Positions 49,681 through 58,033 of a stretch of 64,000 nucleotides of DNA are shown piece after piece (position 1 is the stretch's first letter; every line of letters starts with the position of its first letter). Source of the DNA: Magnetococcales bacterium. Lineage in GTDB: Bacteria; Pseudomonadota; Magnetococcia; Magnetococcales; DC0425bin3. Under the pieces are notes generated by a model. It had not been told where the DNA came from and made no database searches. It saw nothing but the letters and a program-made list of their open reading frames with translations. The stretch lies in assembly GCA_015228935.1 (NCBI GenBank), contig JADGCO010000001.1, forward strand, positions 148,103 through 212,102. The letters are read 5' to 3'. Both the position numbers and the translations under genes were made by a program.

Positions 49681-50570
49681 GGCCTCGATTTCCCGGTGGT
49701 TTCAGGGAAGATGACACGACCGTTCATGCCTGAAATCAGTTCAGGAAACTGGCCATCCAGGCGGCCAATCACCTTGATGGATTGACTGACGGCCTCCACC
49801 TGGGGTATGGGGCGCACCACCCGGGCCGGATAATTTCGACCGGTTTCATCGATATGGACCGTCAACGGCGTCCCGGGAAGCAGGCGGGAGAGCCAGCGGG
49901 AGGGCACGATCATGGCCAGTTCCAGATCGGCATTGTTCAGGATTTCCAGCAGATGCTGTCCCTCCGTCATATATTGGAATGGCTGGGCCTGTAACGCAAT
50001 GACCTGTCCGGGAAAGGGAGCGCGCACAAGACAGCGGTCCACCATGATCTTCTGGGTGGTGACTTCAGCCGTGTTGCGGGCCAGTTCGGCCTGGTCCAGT
50101 TCAAGTTCCAACGGGGAGAGGGAACCCAGCTCCATCAGGCGCGTGTGTACTTCCACCCGTTTTTGGGCGGCATGGACCTCCGCCAGGGCTTTTTGCAGAC
50201 GGGTATGAAACAGGGTGCAATCAAATTCCACCAGCAGTCTACCCCGGGGAAAGGCCTCCCCTTCAGTCACGTGGATGCGCTGGATTTTGGCAGTGATCTC
50301 GGCACCGAGTACCGTGCGTTGCCGGGAGGTCAATTGTGCCCGAATCTCTTCGGTGCCCCGGTCAATTCCGTCGGAACCGGTCTCCACAGGGACCGGAATT
50401 TTTTCCCTGCTGCTGGTGACCGAAGGTGCAGACGGTGCCGACCAGACCGGAACAACCGGGGGCAGCAGCAGACAACACACCAGCCAGCCAAGACGCAGAC
50501 CACCCCGGACAGCCATGGTCTGGCCGGCGGGAGAGAGGAGATTTTTCCTGATGGATCGGGACATCATCAT
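49677..50570 (-). CDS. HlyD/membrane-fusion-family periplasmic adaptor
   Basis: 297 aa. An N-terminal anchor is followed by GAEITAKIQRIHVTEGEAFPRGRLLVEFD, a short coiled coil and VRAPFPGQVIAL. It overlaps the next gene by 4 nt. Confidence 0.75.
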   Translation of the reverse strand: MMMSRSIRKNLLSPAGQTMAVRGGLRLGWLVCCLLLPPVVPVWSAPSAPSVTSSREKIPVPVETGSDGIDRGTEEIRAQLTSRQRTVLGAEITAKIQRIHVTEGEAFPRGRLLVEFDCTLFHTRLQKALAEVHAAQKRVEVHTRLMELGSLSPLELELDQAELARNTAEVTTQKIMVDRCLVRAPFPGQVIALQAQPFQYMTEGQHLLEILNNADLELAMIVPSRWLSRLLPGTPLTVHIDETGRNYPARVVRPIPQVEAVSQSIKVIGRLDGQFPELISGMNGRVIFPETTGKSRP

Positions 50571-50577
50571 GGGCGTT

Positions 50578-52326
50578 TCAAGGTGGGTTGACCCCTTCTT
50601 GGACAGGCAGGGGCCTTGACGGATTGTTCAGGGTAGCGGATTGGTTCGCTGGAGGAAAGGTGGGCGATGGGATATCCAGAATGAATGTCTCCGGTTCATG
50701 CCGTGGGGTTGCCTGGATGCGTTCCATGGACTTTTGCAGGAGTTTGCGGACCCGTTCGATCAGATCAGCCCGGGAATTGGGCACTGTCGTGGGTTCAGGA
50801 CCGGGAACCTGTATCAGGGCTTTTTCCCATTCAGTCAGATTTTTTTCAATGTTTTCACTCAGGGATTTCAGATCATTGTCGGTGGTGTTCATGGCAACCG
50901 GATCGGCTCCCACGGCCACCTGAAGTTGACCCAGGGCATTTTCCAGTTGAGCAAGAGCTTGATTTTGTTGCAGGCGGGTCAAAACGGCTTTGACCTTGTT
51001 GCGGATTTGTTCCAGGCGGTTTTCGGCGGCGTTGTTTTGTTGCGTGGTCACATGGTGCAGGATTGCCTGGTCGATGGTGCTGAGATCCATGGTCCGGCGA
51101 TACTGTTGCAAGGCGGTGAGATATTGCCGCCAGGCAATATGGGTTTGACTCAAAATGGCCATGTGCAGGGCCAGGCGACGGGTTTCGGTCACCGCTTCCT
51201 GTGATCTGGCCCATTGCAACCGCCAGGGGGCCGTGGCCAGATTGATCAGGTTCCAGGAGATGCGCAAGCCCGCTTCCGCCCAGCTCTGGTTGACCAGAAA
51301 GGTATTGCTTTCATAATTGCCGGTCAGGCTCATTTCCAGGCCGGGAAAGAGGCGGGCGATGGCTTTGCGGGTCTCCTCGCTGCTGATACGGGCCTGATAA
51401 TTTTCTTCACGCAACTCCGGGCGGTTGCGCAGAGCCAGTCGTTCCAGGGCGGCCAGGGGCATGTCAGAGGGGAACGCGGTCAGGGGGGGTTCAGTGGCGG
51501 CCAGTTTGAAGGTTTTTCCCGGTGGCACGTTCATCAAGGGAGACAACTCGATGCGGGCCATGGCCATGTCGTCACGCAATTTTTCCAACTGCACCACAAT
51601 TTCCAGAATCGAACGTCGATAGCGCAATATCTCCAGAGGGGGACGCAGACGTTCCTGGGCGATTTGCTCCAGGGCAACACGGGCCTCTTCGGCCTGTTGC
51701 AAGGCATCGGTAATCTCTTGGGCCAGGTTTTGTGCCCCCCAGGCACGCCAGAAGGCGTAACGAATTTCCCGGGTCAGGTTTTGAATCACCTTGCGCCGCC
51801 GCTCTTCGGTGATCAGCAACCGGTCCGCCTCCTGGCGTGCCCGGAAATAGCTGACGCCAAAATCCAGGACATTCCAGGTCATGGAGAGGTCGATCTGTTC
51901 ATGATCCCGATTCTGCGAGGTCGAGGACTCAAGGGAAATGCTGCCACTCTGGACCGATTGGCTGCTGGAAGCCGCCGCATTGGAGCGGCTCGTATAGCCC
52001 GCCGAAGCCAGCAACCCGGGCAGCAGCTCCGCCCGGGTCAGGTCCAGTTGATTTCTGGAAAGCATCTCTTCCATCAACTTCAGACGGTGATCAAGATTGA
52101 AGCTGATGGCCCGGGCCATGGCATCATAGATGGTCACGGTTTCCGGGAGGGGGGGCTGGTTTTCGAACATTTTAAGCTCATCGGCCTCGACGAGCCGGGC
52201 CTGCTCTGCCTCGGTCAAGGCCTGCGGTTTGACAATACAGCCAGCCGGCAGGATCAGAAGGAGTATCCAGCCCAACAGATACAGCGACAGGGAAGTGGCA
52301 GATTTGCAGGCAGACATCTTCGCCAA
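50578..52326 (-). CDS. TolC-family outer-membrane efflux lipoprotein with a Pro-rich C-terminal extension
   Basis: 582 aa with lipobox LILPAGC and two OEP-type helical repeats. The track start is TTG 52326; ATG 52317 is the alternative. Confidence 0.75.
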   Translation of the reverse strand: MAKMSACKSATSLSLYLLGWILLLILPAGCIVKPQALTEAEQARLVEADELKMFENQPPLPETVTIYDAMARAISFNLDHRLKLMEEMLSRNQLDLTRAELLPGLLASAGYTSRSNAAASSSQSVQSGSISLESSTSQNRDHEQIDLSMTWNVLDFGVSYFRARQEADRLLITEERRRKVIQNLTREIRYAFWRAWGAQNLAQEITDALQQAEEARVALEQIAQERLRPPLEILRYRRSILEIVVQLEKLRDDMAMARIELSPLMNVPPGKTFKLAATEPPLTAFPSDMPLAALERLALRNRPELREENYQARISSEETRKAIARLFPGLEMSLTGNYESNTFLVNQSWAEAGLRISWNLINLATAPWRLQWARSQEAVTETRRLALHMAILSQTHIAWRQYLTALQQYRRTMDLSTIDQAILHHVTTQQNNAAENRLEQIRNKVKAVLTRLQQNQALAQLENALGQLQVAVGADPVAMNTTDNDLKSLSENIEKNLTEWEKALIQVPGPEPTTVPNSRADLIERVRKLLQKSMERIQATPRHEPETFILDIPSPTFPPANQSATLNNPSRPLPVQEGVNPP

Positions 52327-52501
52327 TCAATTGACAAGGTGGCCAGACAGTCGCAACTTGAGAACCTCTGTAAAATCAGGTCCTCAGCCCAGGGCGTCCG
52401 GAATGCTGCCTTTGACATGCAGCTTCTGTTCATATCCTGGTGTTGCCCGCCATCTTGAGACTACGCAAATTTTCTGCCAATTATCCGGATGTTTTCATGT
52501 G

Positions 52502-53284
52502 TCAATTCGAATGGAGTCTGCCTGGAACAATCTCGTGAAACATTCCCATGTCTCCACTCTCAAACAATTGATCATAGAGAAATTTATCTTCGATCCGATC
52601 CAGTTCCATCCAGAGACCGGTGACCGGAACGGCAGGAATTTTCCAGCCAGTCCGGATGAGGCGGATCAGCAGACCGGTCATGTCCAGGCGTTGGCGGTCG
52701 GGGGCGGGGAGGGTGTGGAGAACGTGTTCCACGCGCTCCCAACCGCCGGGTTGAAAGCGCAGCAGGCCCATGAACTGGCCCTGAATCTGTTCGATGTCAT
52801 CGGTGCGACCGCCGATGTCGAGGAGGTAGCCATCCGGGTCGGTACAGAAGGTTTCGGCATCCAGGAGCGGGTTGGCAAAGCGGGCTTCCCAGATTTTTCG
52901 CCAACAGGTATGCGACGTGATGGCCAGTTCGGCACGGGTGGCATTCAGCTTGTGCAGCATGGCGGCTTCCATGGTGATGTCGGCATAACAGACGATACAG
53001 GGAAATCGGGTCAGCCAGTCACGGGCACAGGTCAGGGAGAGGACCATGTTGGTGGTGGCCCAGGCGGGATTGTGGAAGGTGTCGGGGACCCTGGTTGCCA
53101 ACTGTTCTGCCTGATAACCGGTGACGATGGCCACCCGGGTGATGCCGGCATCCCGGAAGGCCGCCAATTGCCAGTCAAGGAGGGTACGGCCTCCCAACGA
53201 GAGGAGACATTTGGGTTGCGTGTTGGTCAAGGTTCCCATACGACTGCCGCGACCGGCGGCCAGAATGATGCCTCTGGTGTCCAT
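52502..53284 (-). CDS. Nucleotidyltransferase (LicC/MobA-like fold); candidate Cj1416-like cytidylyltransferase
   Basis: 260 aa. The N-terminal GIILAAGRGSRMGTLTNTQPKCLL is the NTP-transferase signature. The specific role is inferred only from the neighbouring genes. Confidence 0.7.
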   Translation of the reverse strand: MDTRGIILAAGRGSRMGTLTNTQPKCLLSLGGRTLLDWQLAAFRDAGITRVAIVTGYQAEQLATRVPDTFHNPAWATTNMVLSLTCARDWLTRFPCIVCYADITMEAAMLHKLNATRAELAITSHTCWRKIWEARFANPLLDAETFCTDPDGYLLDIGGRTDDIEQIQGQFMGLLRFQPGGWERVEHVLHTLPAPDRQRLDMTGLLIRLIRTGWKIPAVPVTGLWMELDRIEDKFLYDQLFESGDMGMFHEIVPGRLHSN

Positions 53285-53310
53285 GGTGTCAAAAACTTCC
53301 TGGGATCATG

Positions 53311-53532
53311 TTATTCACCCGGCTTGATGATGTTCGATTCCGGAATTATCCGTCCTTGTTCTTCAGCCACATCCAACCAGGAGAGCATGGCTTCCCTGCC
53401 ATTGGCTAAGGCATCTTCGACCGTTTCTCCATCAGACATGCAACCGGGCAGGTCGGGAAATTCGATCAGATAACCACCACCTTCTTCCTTTTTCAGATGA
53501 CGGATCATGAAGGGAAAGTTTGGTTCGTTCAT
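53311..53532 (-). CDS. hicB: HicB-family antitoxin
   Basis: 73 aa. FMIRHLKKEEGGGYLIEFPDLPGCMSDGETVEDALANGREAMLSWL is the HicB/UPF0150 RNase-H-like fold pattern. It overlaps hicA by 4 nt. Confidence 0.8.
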   Translation of the reverse strand: MNEPNFPFMIRHLKKEEGGGYLIEFPDLPGCMSDGETVEDALANGREAMLSWLDVAEEQGRIIPESNIIKPGE

Positions 53533-53771
53533 TTTGCATTCTCGATTGTGTCGATCATTTCGACTAATTTGAAAATATAGACTGGTTTCAACGGTTTGTG
53601 AGCTGGAATACTCAAAATTTCTGTGACACTGGGATGAGAAAAAATCACATGGCTTCCACGAGGATTTCGCACGATCATTCCATATCGCTCGGCAAGAGTC
53701 TTGATTTCCTCAATTCGCCAGTCACGGGCACTGTTCCGCATTTTCTGGAGAACTTTTTGAGCTTTCGTCAT
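53529..53771 (-). CDS. hicA: HicA-family mRNA interferase toxin
   Basis: 80 aa. WRIEEIKTLAERYGMIVRNPRGSHVIFSHPSVTEILSIPAHKPLKPVYIFKLVEMI is the HicA/YcfA pattern, including the GSH motif. Confidence 0.75.
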   Translation of the reverse strand: MTKAQKVLQKMRNSARDWRIEEIKTLAERYGMIVRNPRGSHVIFSHPSVTEILSIPAHKPLKPVYIFKLVEMIDTIENAK

Positions 53772-53825
53772 GGGAATATCATAACACCGAAAATGCGAAT
53801 CATGTCAAAGCAAGATGTGTCGTCA

Positions 53826-54557
53826 TTACATACAACGGCTTTGGTCACGATCTGATTTATTAAAATTTTCCATGTGACGCTGGTCAACCGGGTCATGTTT
53901 CAATTGCAGATGGCTGCCAAACACACTCGCGAATAAAACAACATCCTGGTGCCGGAAAGGGGTGATGCGTTCCGGATGCCACATGATGCCGCAAAGAGGT
54001 TCTGCCGGGTGCCGGATGGCCTTGATGACGCCATCCACGGCCCAGGCCCAGACATGCAGAGTCTCTTTGCCGGTCTGGAGGGGAAAAACGGAATTTTTCT
54101 GGTCATGGGCCAGATCGACAATCTGGAATCCAAACTCATGGAAACTGTTGACGGTTTCCCAGTTGCCCCGGATGCGGATATTTTGTTGGGGCTGGACGTG
54201 TCCCTGCACCCGCTGCAAGGTCAGACCCAGATGTGACATCAGGACCTGCATGCCGCGACAGACACCCAGGACCGGGATGTGTCGCTCCCTGGCCCATGGC
54301 AGGAGGGCAAACTCCAGGGCATCCCGTTCCGGGGCATCGCCCTGCAAGGCTGCCAGGGTATTGCCACCGGTCAACAGAATGCCTTGGGGTCGGCAGGCTT
54401 GCAACAGGTCGAGGGCAGTGGCCGCATGGTTCGGCAACAACAGCGGCAAAATACCGCAAAGCCGCAAAAACGCCACCCAGCGCTGATCCAGGGCATCGCG
54501 CCGTTCCCCCGTTGCCGGGTGCAGATCGACTCTCTGGGTGACGGCGATGCAGGTCAT
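53826..54557 (-). CDS. Class-I glutamine amidotransferase-like hydrolase (peptidase C26 / PuuD-like); candidate Cj1417-like
   Basis: Track ORF trimmed to ATG 54557 (ATGA overlap with the upstream stop). The nucleophile motif is PVLGVCRGMQVL, and the His region is MWHPE. Confidence 0.75.
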   Translation of the reverse strand: MTCIAVTQRVDLHPATGERRDALDQRWVAFLRLCGILPLLLPNHAATALDLLQACRPQGILLTGGNTLAALQGDAPERDALEFALLPWARERHIPVLGVCRGMQVLMSHLGLTLQRVQGHVQPQQNIRIRGNWETVNSFHEFGFQIVDLAHDQKNSVFPLQTGKETLHVWAWAVDGVIKAIRHPAEPLCGIMWHPERITPFRHQDVVLFASVFGSHLQLKHDPVDQRHMENFNKSDRDQSRCM

Positions 54558-56917
54558 CCCATGATCCGTACCTGCCGGTTGGCGCAATCCATGGCCAGGA
54601 CCCGGGCTTGTGACCACTCCCGGAACAGGATTTCCCCGGCCCCGATCACGGCAGGAATGCCCAGTTCTCCGGCCCGGATGGCCATGTGCGAGTTGACGCC
54701 GCCAAATTCGGTGATGAAACCGCCAATGCCATGGGAAAAAATCCAGTCATAGCCGGGGTCGGCGTGCGAAATCATGATCACATTGCCCGGCAACCGGGCA
54801 TGCTCGGCATCCTCCCGGACCACCTGACCCACGACATGTTCCAGGGTGATGTAATTGGGGTGGTCCACGGGCAGTTGGAATTGATAGACATCATCCGGAC
54901 GGACGATGAGGGGCGGCAGGGAGAGACTCTGGGTGAGGACATGTCGCCGCCGTCCCTCCGCAATGGTGTGGGCCAGGACGGTTTCCGGATCCTCGCTCCC
55001 GGCATAGAGGCGATGAATCAGGCCGATATCGGCAAAGGAGGCATCCTCGCGGCTGAAGCCATGGTCGCGGGCATATGTTTCGAACAACTGCAAGGCAGTA
55101 CTCAGACTCCGGGTAAAGATGAATTTGGCCTGTTCCCGTCCTTCGATGGCACCCTGGATAAACCGGAACAGGCTGAGAACGTCATGATCGATACCATGTT
55201 TTTTCAGCAGGCTCAGGATCCCCTCCATTTTTCCCAACGTCAGGGAGAAGGGGTCCCGGTTTTCCCGGGGGGGAGGAATTTTACTGGAGGTTTCACCCTT
55301 CCTGGTGGACCAGTCGAAGTAAAGATCCGGCTCTTCGTCATAACGCGGGGAGAGAATGTTGTAGGTACCGGGACGCAGATGTCCATAACGGGCCAGAAAA
55401 GCTTCCCGGCTCAGGGTATGAAAATCCTCTCCCAGGCGGGAACTGACGGTTTGCAGGGAGGTCATGAAGGCGGCATGATCCCGGGCTGACAGGACGCCGA
55501 CCTGCACCAGGGATTTCAGCATTTGCACGGCAATGAAACCGGCCCGGGCCAGACCGGCAAAGGGGAGGGTTCCATACCGTTTGCAATCCTCAAGAATCCA
55601 GTAGATCTTGGCGAGAGTGTCCTGGTTGCTGGAGGCAATTTTTTGCCGACGCTCTTCGAGTTCCTGCACGCGCCGGATGTCCCCTTTCCAGAGGCCGGCT
55701 TCTTCGCCGATGATCCGGTTGGTCAATTTTCTGAGGCTCTGTTCCAGTGCCCGGGTATCCTGTCGGGAAAAACCATGCTCGTGCAGTACCGTGAGTCGTT
55801 CCGGCAGATCGAAGGTATAACAGGAGTAGATGACCTCGAACTCCACCTTGTCATGTTGATGGGGATTTTCCTCCAGACGGTCGATGTAGTGGTTGACCAG
55901 ACGTTCGGCCAGAGTTTCCGGTACGTCTGCCGGCACGAACGAGTTGAAGCTGACCCGGACATCGATGTAGGGCAGACCGGCAAAATCGATCAGCAGGGGA
56001 AAACTGCGCAGATTTCTGTAGCCGTAGTTGTCCCGTTGGTAGGCCCAGATGTGATCGGTCACCAGTTCCTTGTAGAGGGACAAGGCGAGGGGGCGTGGCC
56101 GCACCCCGATGATTTCGGCGGGATTCCAGTCCGGCATGATGCCAAAGATGGAACGTCGCCCGTAAAGATAGGGATGGGGTTGTGTGTGGGAGGTGATTTT
56201 TCGATGGATCTGTTGCAGGACCTGCCGGCTGGTTGCGGCATCACCGGTAAATCCCCCGGCGCGATGCAGGGGTCGCACCTGGAGCAGATACAACTCCCCA
56301 TTGCCAGCCACGGCAAATTCCACATCCAGGGTATCGCGGGCAAACAGGGTTTCCAGTTCTTGCAGGAGGCGGAGCAAACCTTGCCAGGGTTCTGACGGCA
56401 GTTCGGGGGCATTGCGGGCCAGATACAACGTTTGCAAGTGTTGGCCGGCCCCGGAGGTCACCCCATCCGTCTTTCCCGTATGGGCATCGTAGTTGATGAC
56501 GTTATAATGGCCCCCTGTGTTGGGATCTCGCGTAAAGGCGACGCCGCTCACATGGACAGATGATAAAAATGGTTGGACAAAAATCTGGTCATCCTGGGAA
56601 CCGGCGGCAAAAGAGGCCAGCACCTGGTCAATGGCCAGACTCAAGTCATCCTGGCTCACCACATTGCCCACCGAGGTGAAGTGACCGGCCAGGGAACCGC
56701 TCTCCGTATCCTCTGCCCGGGCAGAACTGCGCACGATCAAGGGTCCCTGCGACCAGGCATGCCCGAGGATTTCCTGCCTGACCCTGCCCGGTGTTTCCCG
56801 CCACTGCCGGGCGGTAAACCGGTATTGCGGAAGAATCCGGGCACTCTTGAGAACGGGTTCCAGCAACGCCAGTGTTTCTGCCTTGGTACCGAATTGCATG
56901 GCCATGGGCAACCTCAC
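54554..56917 (-). CDS. PEP-utilising-enzyme family kinase (PPDK_N ATP-grasp plus swivelling phosphohistidine domain); candidate L-glutamine kinase (Cj1418-like)
   Basis: 787 aa. The N-terminal GTKAETLALLEP...IVRSSARAEDTESGSLAGHFTSVGNV is PPDK_N-like. The C-terminal ITEFGGVNSHMAIRAGELGIPAVIGAG is the mobile His domain. Confidence 0.8.
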   Translation of the reverse strand: MRLPMAMQFGTKAETLALLEPVLKSARILPQYRFTARQWRETPGRVRQEILGHAWSQGPLIVRSSARAEDTESGSLAGHFTSVGNVVSQDDLSLAIDQVLASFAAGSQDDQIFVQPFLSSVHVSGVAFTRDPNTGGHYNVINYDAHTGKTDGVTSGAGQHLQTLYLARNAPELPSEPWQGLLRLLQELETLFARDTLDVEFAVAGNGELYLLQVRPLHRAGGFTGDAATSRQVLQQIHRKITSHTQPHPYLYGRRSIFGIMPDWNPAEIIGVRPRPLALSLYKELVTDHIWAYQRDNYGYRNLRSFPLLIDFAGLPYIDVRVSFNSFVPADVPETLAERLVNHYIDRLEENPHQHDKVEFEVIYSCYTFDLPERLTVLHEHGFSRQDTRALEQSLRKLTNRIIGEEAGLWKGDIRRVQELEERRQKIASSNQDTLAKIYWILEDCKRYGTLPFAGLARAGFIAVQMLKSLVQVGVLSARDHAAFMTSLQTVSSRLGEDFHTLSREAFLARYGHLRPGTYNILSPRYDEEPDLYFDWSTRKGETSSKIPPPRENRDPFSLTLGKMEGILSLLKKHGIDHDVLSLFRFIQGAIEGREQAKFIFTRSLSTALQLFETYARDHGFSREDASFADIGLIHRLYAGSEDPETVLAHTIAEGRRRHVLTQSLSLPPLIVRPDDVYQFQLPVDHPNYITLEHVVGQVVREDAEHARLPGNVIMISHADPGYDWIFSHGIGGFITEFGGVNSHMAIRAGELGIPAVIGAGEILFREWSQARVLAMDCANRQVRIMG

Positions 56918-56953
56918 GAAAACCGTTATGCCAAACCGGAATGGACCAACCGG

Positions 56954-57706
56954 TTACAGTTTGGCCTGGGCCATCCAGATGCGTGTGGTGTAGGGAATGG
57001 GAATGGCTTGCTGACCGGTTTCCGTCACCAGACGTTCAATGGCCTGGATGATGGCCGGCAGGCGGGCACCGGCCTGCCGTTGCAACGTGGCATGCGAGCG
57101 CCAGGCCTCGACCAGGTCCGCCGGGGTTTGGGCATGCACGATGGTTCCCTCCATGCGTATCACCTCGCCGAACAGGCCCGACTCTCGAATCACTTCCGTC
57201 TGATCCTGGCGGCGGGTGCCATAGTCGTAATCCGGAATGGTATCGCGAATGATTTGTTCAATTTTTTGTTGAAAGGGATCATCGAGATCACGATGATTCC
57301 ACAGAGCGGCAAACCAGCCCCGTTTTTTGAGAATGCGGCAGCTTTCCCGCAAGGCAGCCGGGCGATCCGTGACATTGAACGACGAACCAAAAGTGACCAT
57401 GTCGAAACGTCCAGACTCTTGTCCGGTCTGTTCGCCGCTTCCTTCTGACCATTGCACGCGGGGCAGGTGCGCGGTTCGTTCCCGACCCAGGGCGCGCATG
57501 GCGTCGTTGGGTTCCACGGCCTGCACCGTCAAGCCCCGTCCGGCAAGCTGCAAGGTCAGGTGGGCCACGCCCGCCCCCACGTCACAGACCACCGCCGGCG
57601 GACGACACCCCGCCAGGGCCAGCATTTCATCGATGGCGGATGCCGCATAATCCGGACGTTTCAAGTAGGCCTGGGCCAGGTTGGAATAATCCCATTCGGT
57701 CTGCAT
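56954..57706 (-). CDS. Class I SAM-dependent methyltransferase
   Basis: 250 aa with motif I VCDVGAGVAHLTLQLAGRG. Confidence 0.85.
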   Translation of the reverse strand: MQTEWDYSNLAQAYLKRPDYAASAIDEMLALAGCRPPAVVCDVGAGVAHLTLQLAGRGLTVQAVEPNDAMRALGRERTAHLPRVQWSEGSGEQTGQESGRFDMVTFGSSFNVTDRPAALRESCRILKKRGWFAALWNHRDLDDPFQQKIEQIIRDTIPDYDYGTRRQDQTEVIRESGLFGEVIRMEGTIVHAQTPADLVEAWRSHATLQRQAGARLPAIIQAIERLVTETGQQAIPIPYTTRIWMAQAKL

Positions 57707-58033
57707 CGCGTTGCCTCACCCTGTTTGCCAAAGTATTGTTCTCCTTTGCCGGCCACAGGCAATTATTTCCCGTGGCTGCCAGGCAGGATTTTCCGGACAA
57801 CAGCCTGGGAACCAGCCCGGGTTGTGTTTCTGTTGCCTTGAAATAGGTGCCCTGCCGAGGAAAAAGCATAAATCAGGCCAAGCGTGGGCTGTCTGGCAAG
57901 CCTGATGCCAGGCGATGAGATGAATATTAGCGGTGTGCTGAAGAAGAATGCTTTTCACATTGATGACAACCACTGCCTGGCTATACACTCTTCGATAGAA
58001 GCTTCACATCCTGTTTGGTATGGAACGCGCACC

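Noticed and set aside
52327-52501. Search for a small precursor-peptide gene upstream of the TolC/HlyD/M50 operon (for example a 59-codon frame starting MNRSCMSKAAF...)
   Set aside because: The frame runs into the TolC coding region out of frame. It is Cys/Leu/Arg-rich, has no RBS and has no leader-peptide features.
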